64,000 nt of DNA from Diplonema japonicum (GCA_964019335.1 OZ025689.1:1-64000); one strand, 5' to 3'. Shown: positions 44,503 through 57,244, counted from the first letter of the stretch. The notes: generated from the sequence alone by a model not told the origin. Numbers and translations are program-made.

Positions 44503-45927
44503 TCAAACATAAACCTGGAAGCAGCCTCGCTCACATGAGATACTCATCGGGGTAGTCCTGAAAAAAAAGGGAATGCTGACAGAAATAAGAGCATACCCTG
44601 TGTCCTCACCATCAACAGACATAGGCGTTTCGACTTCACACTCAAACCGCATGGTGTTGTACTGGAAGTAGTCGGAGTCGTAGGCGTACACGTGGGAGCC
44701 TTCCCTCTTGACCTCATCGAAGAGCTCGAGGGTTCGCATGACACTGATTTGCTACGAATGGGTGAGATGAGATGGTGAGTATTTAAACCATACCTTGAGC
44801 ATGCAAGTGTCGATAAGCCCATCGTCAAGCTTTGCTGACGGACCGAATCTGAAACCGTTCCCAGCCCTCTGGCACAGCTGGGACATGGCAATAACGTACT
44901 GGTTCTTGCTCACTATCTCTTGCCCGTTCTTCACCATCGTTGCTGTCACCATTGTTGGCTTGAAGATCAAGATGGCCAGCAGACCGCCGACATCGAACTT
45001 TACAGGCCCCAGGAAGCCAAGCTTGTCTGCGAACTGCACTGCCTTCAGCCCCACGCCCCACGCGATGGTGTTCATGCTGTACGTCACCATCCCGTTGTGT
45101 TCGACCTTCCCAGCATCCATGTGCGCCACCGACCCCATCGCAATACGTGTTGCAGCATCCACAGCACTCCTCAACCCGAGGTCGTAGCAGAAGTTGTTAC
45201 ATGTCCCGCCTGGGATGCACCCTAGCGGCCTCCTGTCGCCTGGTGCCCTTTTCATCATCCCGTTCAGCGCCTCGCTCAGCGTGCCATCCCCACCGATGGC
45301 CACGAACCCGTCGACGTTCTTTTTGTAGTTCTGGATGATGGTCCCCCCCTCGCCCGCCTTCGTCGTCCTGATGAGGTCCACCTCGATCTTGTGCTCGTCA
45401 AAGATGTGCTCAACCTCCTTCCACGCGGCTTCCGCACCCCCCCTGCCTGCCGCAGGGTTCAGGACTATGGCAAGTTTCTTAGGAGGCTTCACGGCACAAA
45501 TATCCAGCTCCCTCCCATGGTTGGGGATAGGCTGCAGCGGCCTCATCCCAAACAACAACTTGTTCAGAAAGCCTCCGAGGTCGACCTTGAAGCCCAGCTT
45601 TTCGACCTTTTCATGCGTGAAGGTGCTATCCCGCCACCTGCGCGCCGCAAACCAGAACAGCAAAGTGGTGAAGAGACAGGGCACAGCTTCGCTTTGATAC
45701 TGAGCGACGTACGTGACAGCGGTGCACACACTTCCCAGCATGGCGAGGTTCCATGGAACAAAGCCAAAAGTGCTCTTGGTGTAAAACCAGACCAGCGCCA
45801 CAACACTCAGGCCCACGTTGACCTTGTACCACAACCCGTGCAGAAAGGCGTGCTCCCTGTGCATTATGACTCCGAGATGCAGCACGGCAGAGAGCGCCAT
45901 GTGCTGTGCTTCTTTCGGGGTTCTCAT
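44503..45927 (-). CDS. Sphingosine/diacylglycerol kinase family protein with N-terminal TM segments, multi-exon
   Basis: NPAAGRG, GGDGTLSEALNG, IPGGTCNN, LDDGLID and VDGE. Confidence 0.9.
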
Positions 45928-46027
45928 TTTGCTTTCTTTGCTGCTGTGATACGGATTCTCTTCTTTACAAACTAAATAAATGAAACGAATAAAATGAGTA
46001 CCACTGAAAAGCGATGGGTGTAAATAT

Positions 46028-48974
46028 CTAAGTGTGCGCAGGGGGGTTCGAAGATGTCTTGCTGCTGAAGGATTTCTGGCTGCTGAAGGATTTCTTCCTG
46101 CTGAGGGGGTCGACCCACCCGTCCACGCTCGTTCCGCAGAGCTTCTTGACTAAATCCATCTTGGCGGAGATGCTTTCGAAATTCTGTTCCAACCCCTTGA
46201 GCTGCACCGCCGCAAGGATACTTTCCTTTCTTGACTTTTTTCGTGTCTGCCGCCTGCTGACTGCCTCCTCGCGCAAGGTTGCAAGATCGACAGTCTCTTC
46301 ATCGCCCTTATCCACGAACACGAGGCTGCGTCCACGTTGCTCTCTCTGGCTGCGCTTCTTCTTTACGTCGCTCACCGTGACACGCAACATTTGGTAGTCA
46401 TCGTAGCGCATGATGCGCGTCACATCGCCATGGAAGACACGCAGGATCTCAAGCACCATCTCTTCATCGTTATCCTCGTTTAATGTCTTAGAAAACGCCC
46501 GCAAGTCGTCCTTCTGCTGCATTGTCAGTTGCTTCACGATGTAAATGTTTTTTATCAGCGTCATCGCCTTCTCGAGAAGCAAGTTCGACCTCCCCCTGAA
46601 CGTGTCCCACCTGCGCTTCAACTTGTTGATGATGATCCGCAAGGAAGAGTTCAAATAGTCCACCCGCCCCTTTCTCACCAGCTCCGACGCTTCCCCGTAG
46701 CATTCATCGAGGATAGAAATAAATATGTTCGACATCACAAGTACAATGAGCACATTGTAGACGAGGAAGAACAGCGGTGCCAGGATGTAGTTCGATGTCT
46801 CAATTGCCCCGTAGTCAAAGTCCCCCAAAATCATTACGAATAGAGACATGTACGAGCTGCCTATGTTGCGGTACTGCCCAGCGTCCTTACCGAAGGCAAG
46901 CAGGAAGGTGATGGCGAAGCCCATGTAAACGAGACCAAAGAAGATAAGAAACCAGAAGACAGGCGACAGGGCGATGATGAGCGTCTTCACGAGTACAGAG
47001 AGAGCACGCACCTTGCCGAGGTACTTGATGGTTTTGAAGAAGCTCAGCATCACATTGGCGGAGTTGAGGCAGTTTACGATGCCGAACTGCCAGGCTAGGG
47101 GGTAGAACTGAATGAACTGCGTCTCTGTGCGGAGCTGTATTTTGTCAACATCGCCGCGTAGCTTGAAGCGCAGACCGAAAACGACAAAGAAGATGATGAT
47201 GTTGGAGAGGTCGATGAGGTTCCACAGCGAGAAGTACCCCTTCCAGCACTTGTGTGAGCTCTCCAGGTCGTAGTAGCAGTCAGGACAACACGGCATCTGG
47301 AACGGGTTGTAAGGCCGCTGACAGTTCGGGCAGACAATAGTCTCGCCTAGGTGCTCCGCTTTAATCTTCTTTAGCACACACACCTGGCAATGCCTCCAGT
47401 TTGTCGCAAAGAACGCTCGCGCCTTCACCACCTCCTTCACAGCATAGTAAAGGATGAACATCACTAGAAGCAGCTCAGAAAGGAACACCACAACACCGCG
47501 GAAACTCTCCAAATCTGGCAGCAAGAGGGGTTTCAAGGAGTGGTAGGGGACAACCTGCCCTGTGGGAAGGAACTCAAAGATAAACCGGCTGTATAACACT
47601 GATGGTAACATAAACCATACCATGCGGTCAGCATGTTCGTATTAGCATTGTACAGCGTGAACTCTATGGCTACCATTGCTGTTTGGTTGTCAAGCCATTT
47701 GTGGTCGATCTGTGCGGTAAAAAGAAAAGGCAGCATACCAGCTCTTGAACTGCATCGAGCGAGTACTGCTGCTTCGAAGGGACTTGAGGCAGGTCTAGTG
47801 ACGTATCGACAGGTGTGAGTGTGGGAACGACCGGCGTCGTCTCAGTAGGCACCTCTTTGGTAGCTGTCCTGTTCCCTTCGATAGGAAGCGTTTCAGTTCC
47901 ATTATCCGTAAAACCCGCAGTCAAGCTAGGACTCAGCGTGGGCGTTATCTCTTCTGTCACAGTGCGTGAAGGGGGCTGGACTTCGACCTTGGGCCCAAAC
48001 CGCTCGTTCCATTCCCGTGTCAACAGCAGCTTCTCGTTTTGATATTTATTCCACGCCTTGAACCATTTTACAGGCGGCAGGTCGAGGACATACCCGCTAT
48101 TTGGGTAGCTGATCCCCAACTTCCCCATTGACTTCATCCCCACTTCGCAATACCACTTCAAACCCTTGTTGCTGCCCCGCAAGGCACGTGCCATGGGATC
48201 CACTGTGGAGCCGATGTCCCTCTCGGGGTTGGGTTCTTCCGAGCACAGCTCAGCGACAGAACTATGGTTCCACCTTGTATTTGCAGTACTGACGTTCGCA
48301 GCGTAGCCTTGTGCGATCAAGCTTTCTATCTCATGCTTTGTGTATCCGGGCTTCTCGTTCACAAGGTACTCCACACCAAAAGGCATTACTTCTTCGTTGC
48401 TACTGACGCTCGCCAGCTCGCGCACACACTCCCCTATGTCTAACGACACCCCGATGTCTGGCACATCGCAATTATTCTTGATCCGTACCTGTCGCATCCT
48501 GACTGGGCCCATTAGTCTGTTGTTCCCGCTCACGAACAGACCTCTGTAGGCACTTAACGGCTCGCCGGTGACATCGCTCGACTTGAACATGGCAGGAATG
48601 CAAGTCTCCTTGACCCACTGGAAGAAGGTTGACGCATCGATCACCTGCTCGGTGCCACGCTCATAGGGTGTCACGAGAATCTCTTTTATAAGCGCCACAG
48701 ATTCGTAACTCCATTCAGGAACCGCCATGATTGCTGCAAATACAAACAAACCCAGAAACAAAAAGAAGATGATGGTTTCCTTCACAAAGGCATAACCGAA
48801 CCGTTCCTTGCTCATGGCCGTCATCTCCTCGGGATCCACTAACGCATGCGACCCCTCCCGTCCAGACTTTGAAGAAAGTGTGTTTGGGTCATCCTTCAAT
48901 CGATACATTAGGTTATCTTTCTTACATGCACCAAGCCGCAGCTCCTGGCTGGGATTGAACGATCGTCTCTCCAT
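46028..48974 (-). CDS. Polycystin-2 (TRPP)-like cation channel, 3 exons
   Basis: NRLMGPVRMRQVR, YPNSGY, WLDNQT..VAIEFTLYNANTN, FEFLPTG, WNLID, ILGDFDY and SNIFISIL; introns at 47710-47738 and ~47589-47620. Confidence 0.9.
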
Positions 48975-49043
48975 CTTGCGAAACTGACCAACCTGAAGGC
49001 TTTAAAGTGAAGAGCTAGTGGCAAACATAATCTAGCTGAGTTA

Positions 49044-50512
49044 CTAACCAGCGGTCCCACATATTACCGCATCTCCGTCCGCCCATTTAACAACGAATGG
49101 CGCTGCTGACAAGGTGTGTGTTGTGTCAGTGCCCTCTGGGAGCCACGTGATGACCTCTGAGATGCTGTCCCCCGCACAGGCTATGGCTACCGCGTTATTG
49201 TTCGGATGCCTGGACAGGGAAATAGGTGGTGCCGCCATAGGTACTTGGCGGGCTTTTCCTGTGCGTAAATCAATGACAGCCAAAGCGGAATTATCTAGGC
49301 CTGCCACTACCTGGTTCTCCGATACCGCAGCTATGCATGTCACCTCAGTAGGCATGCTTGCTGCTGCTTGCTGTGTGCCAGCTCGCAAATCCCAAATCCT
49401 AATACCCGTATCAGCTGAAAACAAGACATTGTTCGCAGTTGGGTGGAAGTCTAAACATGAGGTAAAGGTTCCTGCAGGAAGGTTGTACAACTGCACAGGT
49501 GCTGCGACATATTCAGTGGACCACACTGCCACTTGTGCCTCCGTGGTGCCAACCGCAAATAATGAGGGTGACGCCTTACAAGACTTCATCGACAGAACAG
49601 AGGTGTCCACATGCACATATGACGCAATAGGCTGCAACATCTCTGACCAAAGCCTTACGTACCCATCCACGCTGCCTACTAGTGTATAAGAGTCCTTGAC
49701 GATAGTCACCTCGGTGATGCAGGATCCCTGACATGCTGTGAGGCTGCCCTCTGCTTCGGTGTCCAAATATTTCACGATGTTCTTGTCCTTTGCCATGCAG
49801 ATGAATGGTGTGCTCTGAGACGCCTCCGCCCACCCGCCGCATGAGAAGTCGCACGGCGCGTAAAAGTCAAACCTTTGCATCAACAAATCAGGTGAGGCGC
49901 TTCTTTGGTCTTCCTCTGCATTCTTTCGCTTCAGAGCAAAGTCCATCTTCGGAACTCTCCACCCGGTGCCCTCCCTCACGCCCTTTATGATGTGTATTTT
50001 CTCAGGGTCGCACAGCACTGCTGCTAGGTACGTCAGCCTGCGTGACTCAAAGAAGCGTCGCAGCACATTAACAGCAGTGCTCCCAACAACAAGCTTTGAG
50101 CATTGACGCAGGTCCGGGGCTGAAGGGTTGTGCTGCAACTGACGCCGCAGGGTCACAAGGTCACACGAGTCATGAGATACGATTCCGATCGCATCCACGA
50201 CAGCGCTTGATGCCTCATAGCCGTCTCGCTGTGCCTGATGTGAGGGTTAAGGGATAAAGGAGACAACCATACCAATGCGACTGCAACATGTTTAAACACA
50301 GCACACAACAGAACACTTAACTCCTCAGCAACTACCTCATTGCTTGAAGAGAACTGCACAGCTTGTTCCACCTCTTTGTGTATCTCCGTCACCGACTGCT
50401 TTACCAGCTGCTCTTTTTCTAAATCCAACTCAAGCTGACACAGCGCCAGCTTGTATCCCTTACCTTCCAACCATCGCTTCACTTGAGCAGCCTGATCTAC
50501 ATGTTGCGCCAT
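49044..50512 (-). CDS. WD40-repeat protein with LisH-like N-terminus (possibly divergent TAF5-like)
   Basis: GSVDGYVRLWS, CLDFHP and IRIWDLR; VKRWLEGKGY. Confidence 0.6.
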
Positions 50513-50620
50513 GCCTGCAATGTGACGGTGATAGATTCTAGATCGAAAACCAAGGTATCTTTTAAAAAATAAACTGCTGTACAGATACAAGGTAGGTTAA
50601 AGTACAATAAAATAGAGCTG

Positions 50621-52090
50621 CTAACGGCTCTCTGGCTGCGGTCGCTGCGGGGAGTAAGCAGGCTTTCTATTTGGCACGAAGGCTGCACGTGCAGCTGGAG
50701 CTTCGCGAGACGTAGAAGGAAACGGCAAGCCAGACGATTGCACAGGCGAGGATGACCTCGGCCTAGAGGCGGTCAGGGCTTGATACTGCTGCCTGAGGGG
50801 AACGTAGTTCTGTTTCGCAGGCAAGGGTGAGGGCGTTCTTGGTGCTTGTCGCGCGGTGCCGTGAGGTTGTGTGATAATATCAGTAGTAAGGCCTTTAAGA
50901 AGCTCTTTGGTGAAGGCGCACCACGGGCCACTTTTCTTCTGCATCTCCATCTTTGCATTGCAGGCCACGTTTGCCGTGCTCAGTTCCGTGTTGACCCCCA
51001 CAGTGCAGAATTCCGTTCCCTTCAGTGTCTCAAATGCCCTTCGCGAGGCCATCAGAACCTCCTCGCGTTGCATGATGTCTTGCTCCTTGTTTATGAGCTC
51101 TTCTGCAAGTAGTGAGATTCTCTTGTCTTTGTCGCTGCCTTCATTGTGCGAGATTGACAACTCTTTCTCCTTGCGGTCAAGGTACTGCTGCTTCATCTTT
51201 GCTCTCTTCTCGAGATCTTCCACATCGCTCTGCCTTTCACGCAGTGCTTGTATTTTCCGTGCGACGATGCTGTCCTTGGCATGCAGTGCCTGCTCTGCGC
51301 CTTTGATGCCCGCACACGCCTCGTCCACAGCTGCTCTGCTGGTCTCGAGCTCCTTTTCGCGTTCTTCGAGTGTCTTTAACATATCTGCACACATCGCTTC
51401 GCGCAGTTCAGCATCTGCGAGCATCTCCCTTACCTTTGCTGTTTTCTGCGCGAAGAGAGCCTCCTGCTCGGCAAGAGCTTCTTCTTTCTGCTGCAGCTCT
51501 TGCTCCTTCTCTGTAGCTTCGTTCATCGTTTGTTCCAATGCGCTGCTCTTGGCAGCTAATGCTTTTTCCTGCTCCTGTAGCTTTTCATCCAAAAGGCCAA
51601 TACGCTGTGCAGCTAAGGTCTCTCTCTTCGAGCAGTTCTCCAGCTGTTCTTTAAGCTCGTCCTCTCGGGCAGCAACTCTTGCTGCCGCCTCCCTCGCCGC
51701 CTGCTCAGCCTCCTTGGCAACATGCTCTGCATCCCTCTCGTGCTGACCCGCTGCCTTGCAACGCTCCTTCATCTCCTCGGACACCTGGCGCAATTGTGCC
51801 TTCCTGCCCTCTAAGCCCTGAAGCATTTCATTTGCTATGGCATCTTTTTCCTCTGCTAAGGCTTTCTTCTCGTTTATTCTGTTCAAAGCTTCTTCCTTCT
51901 CTTTCAAAAATGCTTCTCTCTCTTTCTCGATATCGCTCAAAGACCCTGCGAGCGCTTCTTCTCTCTTTTCCAGTGCCTGCTGTCTCACCATAAGTGCATG
52001 TTCCCTCCTCTGCAGGGCTACCTCTCTTCCTTCAAGCCCGGGATCCGCTCTAGGCACTGGCCGTCTCGGAGACAAGGACGGGTACTGCAT
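50621..52090 (-). CDS. Coiled-coil protein
   Basis: Long E/K/A-rich ORF. Confidence 0.75.
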   Translation of the reverse strand: MQYPSLSPRRPVPRADPGLEGREVALQRREHALMVRQQALEKREEALAGSLSDIEKEREAFLKEKEEALNRINEKKALAEEKDAIANEMLQGLEGRKAQLRQVSEEMKERCKAAGQHERDAEHVAKEAEQAAREAAARVAAREDELKEQLENCSKRETLAAQRIGLLDEKLQEQEKALAAKSSALEQTMNEATEKEQELQQKEEALAEQEALFAQKTAKVREMLADAELREAMCADMLKTLEEREKELETSRAAVDEACAGIKGAEQALHAKDSIVARKIQALRERQSDVEDLEKRAKMKQQYLDRKEKELSISHNEGSDKDKRISLLAEELINKEQDIMQREEVLMASRRAFETLKGTEFCTVGVNTELSTANVACNAKMEMQKKSGPWCAFTKELLKGLTTDIITQPHGTARQAPRTPSPLPAKQNYVPLRQQYQALTASRPRSSSPVQSSGLPFPSTSREAPAARAAFVPNRKPAYSPQRPQPESR

Positions 52091-52164
52091 ATTAACCTGA
52101 ATACATGGAAGCAGTGGATGGTGGCATGGGATAATAAACAACAAACTGAGTACGTATTTTCTTT

Positions 52165-53499
52165 TTACATTCTAGTCTGGAATATTGAATTCCTATCTAA
52201 AGAAAACTTATTGCTAGTGAAAGTAGCTTGTGGCGTCGACAGCGTCATGGGGTTCATTGGAACGTTTTTGAAATTACTTGTGTTCGTCCGTATAGGAGTC
52301 TGGGCTGGCGATTGTACCCCACCAGGCTGCGCAAAGGACTTTGTGAACATGGCAGACCGTGACGCTTCTGCCTCGTTCATGGCTTCTAAAGCACTCTTCA
52401 CGTCCTCAATGAAGGCCGTGTAAGAATCATCGCCATTCGGGGCTGGGGGCAGGGGTTCTGTAGGCTTCGTTAATGCAGAAGGGGTGTAGGACTGGGTGGG
52501 CATTCCGCTGGAGGGACCAAGTGACCGTGACGGGCCTGACAGATGCAGGTTGTTGAAACTTGAAGGCTGCAGTTGTGGAATACTAACTGGCACAGCAGCC
52601 GGCATGGGTTGGGAAAGAGGAGGCATAGCACCTGTTCTAGCAGGTGTGGCCGCAGGCCCGTTAAGAGGGTTGTTCCGCACGCCCATACCCACATCGCCAG
52701 TGAGCTGCCCCATGCCGCTGCTCATCCTGCTGCCATGGATGGGGGTGGCAGGGTTGCCAGCAGACAGGCGCGGCGGTGAGGAGTCTTTTGCGTGCCTTCC
52801 TTCTTGTGGAACACTGCTGTTGAAGTTAAATGACCTGTTCGGGAGGCTGTGCTGCGATGCCACCGACGCTGATCGTGACACATGGCTCGGTCCGGGGGAG
52901 GCTCTTGCTGGGGTTGGTGACATGGTCGCCCGGAGACGCGGGGTGTTGTTCGTGTGCTCAAGATTCTTGCCCGTAGTGACGTCTTCGTACTTCGACAAAC
53001 GGTTTTCCAAGTACTCAATCTTCTCCTCTGCAGTCCGCAGCTTGGACTCCAAGCTGACAACAATTTGTTCTTGCTGCGTCACAAGTGAGATTGACTGCTC
53101 TTCGGTGCGAAGGCGGCTCCTTTTCTCTTCCTGCAGACGGTGGTTCAGCTGCTGCATATCGACCTCACTCATAGCAGTCGAATCATTCTGCAGTTGGTTC
53201 CCCCGGTTGTTCTGCAGGCCATGGAGCAGTTTCCTGTTCTCCTCCAAAACCATGTTGTGCTTCACCTTCATCTCCTGGATAACCTTCTCGCGGTCGTCTA
53301 ACAGCTTCGTGAACTCGGCGATTGTCGTGTTGTAGTACTCAGTCACCTTTGCCATCTTCAGCGACATCTCTTTCTCAGAGACCAGCTTCCCGCCGCCGCG
53401 AGGACTCTGCGACCCTTCTTTTGTGCTCTCCTTCTGCACCCTCTGGAACATTTCATCGGCCAGATCCCTCATGCGCGCTGCCATCTCTAGGTTTTCCAT
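52165..53499 (-). CDS. Coiled-coil plus P/S-rich hypothetical protein
   Basis: Long ORF with N-terminal heptads and a low-complexity tail. Confidence 0.7.
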   Translation of the reverse strand: MENLEMAARMRDLADEMFQRVQKESTKEGSQSPRGGGKLVSEKEMSLKMAKVTEYYNTTIAEFTKLLDDREKVIQEMKVKHNMVLEENRKLLHGLQNNRGNQLQNDSTAMSEVDMQQLNHRLQEEKRSRLRTEEQSISLVTQQEQIVVSLESKLRTAEEKIEYLENRLSKYEDVTTGKNLEHTNNTPRLRATMSPTPARASPGPSHVSRSASVASQHSLPNRSFNFNSSVPQEGRHAKDSSPPRLSAGNPATPIHGSRMSSGMGQLTGDVGMGVRNNPLNGPAATPARTGAMPPLSQPMPAAVPVSIPQLQPSSFNNLHLSGPSRSLGPSSGMPTQSYTPSALTKPTEPLPPAPNGDDSYTAFIEDVKSALEAMNEAEASRSAMFTKSFAQPGGVQSPAQTPIRTNTSNFKNVPMNPMTLSTPQATFTSNKFSLDRNSIFQTRM

Positions 53500-53637
53500 T
53501 TTCTCACCCCGACCTGCACGGTAGTGGGACACGACTGGTTTTCGTTAATAAAAGGCATTACTTGAAAGGCATTAGATTTAAAGAAAAACTTAAGGAAGTG
53601 GGTAATTATAAAAGAAAAGTCAATAAACAGCACAACC

Positions 53638-54334
53638 TCAAGCCTCGTCCTGCTGTGTGATGTGCGTCAATAGTTGGCAACATACCTTGGTCGCGTCCTT
53701 GGCGTCTTCGGCTTGAAGCTCTGCCTCGGCCTGCTTATTCCTTTCGAGGATGGCCTCGTTCCACTGTGTGTAAGTGTTTTTGATGAACTTGTCAAACTCA
53801 AAAACAGATTTCTTGAAAGTGTTCAGCGAGCGGAAGACGATCAGCTTAATGCCGGCCTGTGTGGGTTGTGGTTGCAGCAGGAAATACCTTGTTGTCCACA
53901 TCCATGAGCTGGTCCATGTGCATCACGAGGAGAGAGCCAGTGGCGTTTTCGGGATCATCTGCGATACTGACCTTCGTAAAGCGCCTGTCGTTGTTCCAGA
54001 TGTTTACGATGGGACCGTCCTTGAACTCCCTCTGCGGCGTAGCCCACGCGCTAACAACCTTCAAGGAGTTCATGTCGGCCCATTGGATGTAAATCTTCTT
54101 CTCCTTCTCTTCGTCAGCCATTACGATAGCCGCCTTCCCGTCCTCCATAACCGCCTCGTAGTCCAATTCTTTCAAGATCTCTATCAAGAATTCATTTGTC
54201 AGAAACGAAGCCTCTGACCTTTTTCCATACTGTTTCGGGTGCACTCCTCCTTGCTGAGGGTGATCCCCGACAAACGGCTCCCCCATGTCTCCGGTAACAA
54301 GAACGACAAGAGCTAGAAACACGTACTGCATCAT
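53638..54334 (-). CDS. Signal-peptide protein with YbjN-like domain, multi-exon
   Basis: MMQYVFLALVVLVTG; IVNIWNNDRRFTKVSI resembles the YbjN-type 'N.WN' motif. Confidence 0.55.
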
Positions 54335-54437
54335 TGTTAAGTATAAACCTGTTGGAGCATGACCGGCTGTGGATTGCAAGCAAAAACCCTTGAGGGATCC
54401 CGAAGGAAGCTGCCAACACCAACGTAACTGGCTAATG

Positions 54438-55079
54438 CTAGATCATCCTCAGCGTCTCTTCCAGCTCCTGCAAGGAGTGGGAGCTCGTGGGGGGCGTAAC
54501 ACAAATGCATATATCAGAGGTAGTCCGCGAGGCGCTCATAAGTGCTTCGTCCATCTCCGATGGGGAATACAGGCTGAGGGCGCTGCAGCGTGGTTTGGGA
54601 AGGTTCAGGGGGCTGTTCTTTGGGATAGTTTCGGAAACAATGTTCGCTTTCTGAAGACGGCGCCTCTTCTTCCACTCGGTGCGCAAATACCTGGCAAGCA
54701 GCAGTACTGTTGTAGGCAAGAAGACCGCTAAAATGACATACAAAGCAGCAACCTTGTTGTCAATGCTACCGTCGACCTGCACTGGCAGCACTGCCGTGTA
54801 ATTTGCTGACCACACTATACTACTGTTTCTACTACTGTTCTTCGAGACTCTCAGCGTAATGTTTCCGGCTTGCAAAAAAGCTAAGTCTGTAAAGACAAGC
54901 CTGCCAATGGAACTAATCTGCGTGACCTCATTCACTAAAGCAGGTGGTTCTGCCCAACACACATACACCACACCACTGTCATTCACAGCAACCCTGACCT
55001 CGGGGAGAACATCGCCCACTAAAACAGTGGTGTTGGTGTGGTACCCCACAGACAAGCACACCAGCAAGAAGCTCAGCAT
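54438..55079 (-). CDS. Single-pass membrane protein
   Basis: Signal peptide, beta-rich ectodomain, TM VAALYVILAVFLPTTVLLLA, basic stop-transfer. Confidence 0.6.
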   Translation of the reverse strand: MLSFLLVCLSVGYHTNTTVLVGDVLPEVRVAVNDSGVVYVCWAEPPALVNEVTQISSIGRLVFTDLAFLQAGNITLRVSKNSSRNSSIVWSANYTAVLPVQVDGSIDNKVAALYVILAVFLPTTVLLLARYLRTEWKKRRRLQKANIVSETIPKNSPLNLPKPRCSALSLYSPSEMDEALMSASRTTSDICICVTPPTSSHSLQELEETLRMI

Positions 55080-55161
55080 ACACCCATGTTGTCCTGAGGC
55101 AGTCAAGGCTACGGCTCTTAATTGGTAGTGAAAACGAAAGAAAAACACTAGTAAACACTGA

Positions 55162-56544
55162 CTACTCAAGGTGCTTTGTGTTGCTGCCTTCTAAAGAGTC
55201 AACTCGGGTGACCTTCTCACCGCGTCGCTGGAGGGAGAGCAGCAACCTGCGGTGCTCAAGCTCTTGCGGGCTGGGAAGGTGCGCAACACCTTTGATGTTT
55301 ATCGGGCTACCATCAGGCACCCTACCGTGGCGGAGAGATGAGGACATTTTCGCAAGCGGGAGGTGAGGGAAAGTGGGTTCTTCCGATTCCCACCCTATCA
55401 TTGCCTTGTTCACTTCCCCATTGTGGTTATAAGGCGGCGTGATGACGCCCTGGCAACCACCAATGTGATTCACCCATGTAGGGGTGAATCTTAGGGCCGC
55501 CCATTTCGTCTTCCCGATCAGCAACCTATCGTCAAACAGCCACGGCTTCCCTTTGCCCCACATCCTCATTTGCTCCAGCTGAGACTGATACACCAGCTCC
55601 GTGTCAGCGTGGTGCGGGATGTACGATGTCTTTGGTGAGATCAGCGGGACTGTGTGGTACCTTCTCGCTTTCCTCAATAACATCTCCTTCGGCCCCAAGA
55701 GCTTCGCAAGCTTGGCATACGTGGTAGGCGACCGCAGCCCACCATTCCAATAGTGCGCCTCGGCTTTCATGATAGTGTGCCCCGTCAGTGTGTCCACAAA
55801 GCTGAACCCCCTTATTCTCCTAAACTCGTTGTACAGATCCTTCATGTGGATCGTGTGGTTCTCGATGTAGCCTAACGCAGGGAGCGAAGGGAATCCCAGA
55901 ATTTCTCTGTTGTAGGCCAAAGCCTGTTCAGACTCCTCCCACATGGCGTGAGGGAGGCAGCGTACGGTGGGGTACTGGGAGCTTTCCAGGGCGTGATGTA
56001 TTAGTGGGTCGGCAGAGGGGGCTTTATCGAGCTTCTCTCGGCTGACGTAGAAGTACATCTGCATGGAGTTGGAGTGCTTTCCCACTGTGGTCGTGGTGTC
56101 TGAGTGCTGCCACACCCACAGGCTGACTGGTACCATTCCATTCTCACAGACCACAGGATGCAGGTCTTGACCTTGCATCATTTCGGCAACCACATCTGCT
56201 TCTGCCCACCCGCCGAAGACGAGTGCTGACGACCACGTGAACTGAAATGGCACGGGCATAGGACCCAACGAGGTTGGCACGTAACCCGTCAGTGGATACT
56301 CCTGGAAGATGGGGTCAGTATTCTCCTGTACTTTCGCAACTTCCTCTTCACCCATCTGCAGCTTCTCCTCCCATGTCCTTCGGATCATGTCCCTCACCTC
56401 CTCTCTGCTAAACATGTCACCCTCCTCCCTCAGACTGTCATCCCTCTGTGCCTCGCTCACGTCACTTGCCTCTTTCTCCACCACCTTGTCCGACTTCCAT
56501 CTCCATGCATTCGCACGAGTGAGCGGCCTCAGGAACGACCTCAT
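55162..56544 (-). CDS. Acetoacetate-decarboxylase-like fold protein, probably mitochondrial
   Basis: Presequence-like MRSFLRPLTRANAWRW; ALAYNREILGFPS resembles the ADC-family GREIWGFPK motif. Confidence 0.5.
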   Translation of the reverse strand: MRSFLRPLTRANAWRWKSDKVVEKEASDVSEAQRDDSLREEGDMFSREEVRDMIRRTWEEKLQMGEEEVAKVQENTDPIFQEYPLTGYVPTSLGPMPVPFQFTWSSALVFGGWAEADVVAEMMQGQDLHPVVCENGMVPVSLWVWQHSDTTTTVGKHSNSMQMYFYVSREKLDKAPSADPLIHHALESSQYPTVRCLPHAMWEESEQALAYNREILGFPSLPALGYIENHTIHMKDLYNEFRRIRGFSFVDTLTGHTIMKAEAHYWNGGLRSPTTYAKLAKLLGPKEMLLRKARRYHTVPLISPKTSYIPHHADTELVYQSQLEQMRMWGKGKPWLFDDRLLIGKTKWAALRFTPTWVNHIGGCQGVITPPYNHNGEVNKAMIGWESEEPTFPHLPLAKMSSSLRHGRVPDGSPINIKGVAHLPSPQELEHRRLLLSLQRRGEKVTRVDSLEGSNTKHLE

Positions 56545-57244
56545 GATACCTATAAGTGTGGATGTGCTGAACATGAGATACATTCATTGTTATTTAGATC
56601 GAAATCGAAGTTCGAACGGAGTCCGGATTAAGTTTTCGGGTATTTACAGCCGTTCGGTATTTGCTGTCTTAGCCATCGTCTTTCAGTTTGGGGCAGGGGC
56701 CAGGGGCCAACAAAATAAGTTATTGATCAAAGGGACAGTAATGAGAAAGGTAGTGATAGTGTCCTGGGGAAAACTTACGTAAGTAACGAAAGAAGTGGCT
56801 GCACGTTAATGGATCAAGGATATTCGAGCTGTTCACCTCCAAAGCGTTGCAAAATCTCTCCGCATCGTTTGTTGGTTAGCCCAGACTTCGACTTCACTGT
56901 CGTCTTTCCCTTTTTAACGTTCCTAGGATTGCACTGGGAAAGTACCAAACGAGGGCCCCAAAAATTAGAACATGATTCTGGGCACTTCTGGGGCCGAAAA
57001 CCATCGGGAAACGGGGGTTTGGGTGATTTGTGGGCACTTTTGGGGTGGTTAGAGTTTTTTTAAGGGACCAAAATGCCCTTGGCGAAGAAACTGAAAAATG
57101 GCAAAAAACGACCCCTTTATGACCCCCTACCCCCCGTATTCGCTAAACTCCGAACGGGAAAATGTTCGGGTCCAGAGGGTTTTGTTTTTATAGCGACGGA
57201 ACATTAAAGTACTTACTTAACAAAATACTAGAATGGTACAATAG

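Noticed and set aside
56590-57190. Possible further repeat element in a long spacer
   Set aside because: Composition is suggestive, but no TIR pair, TSD or second copy could be identified.
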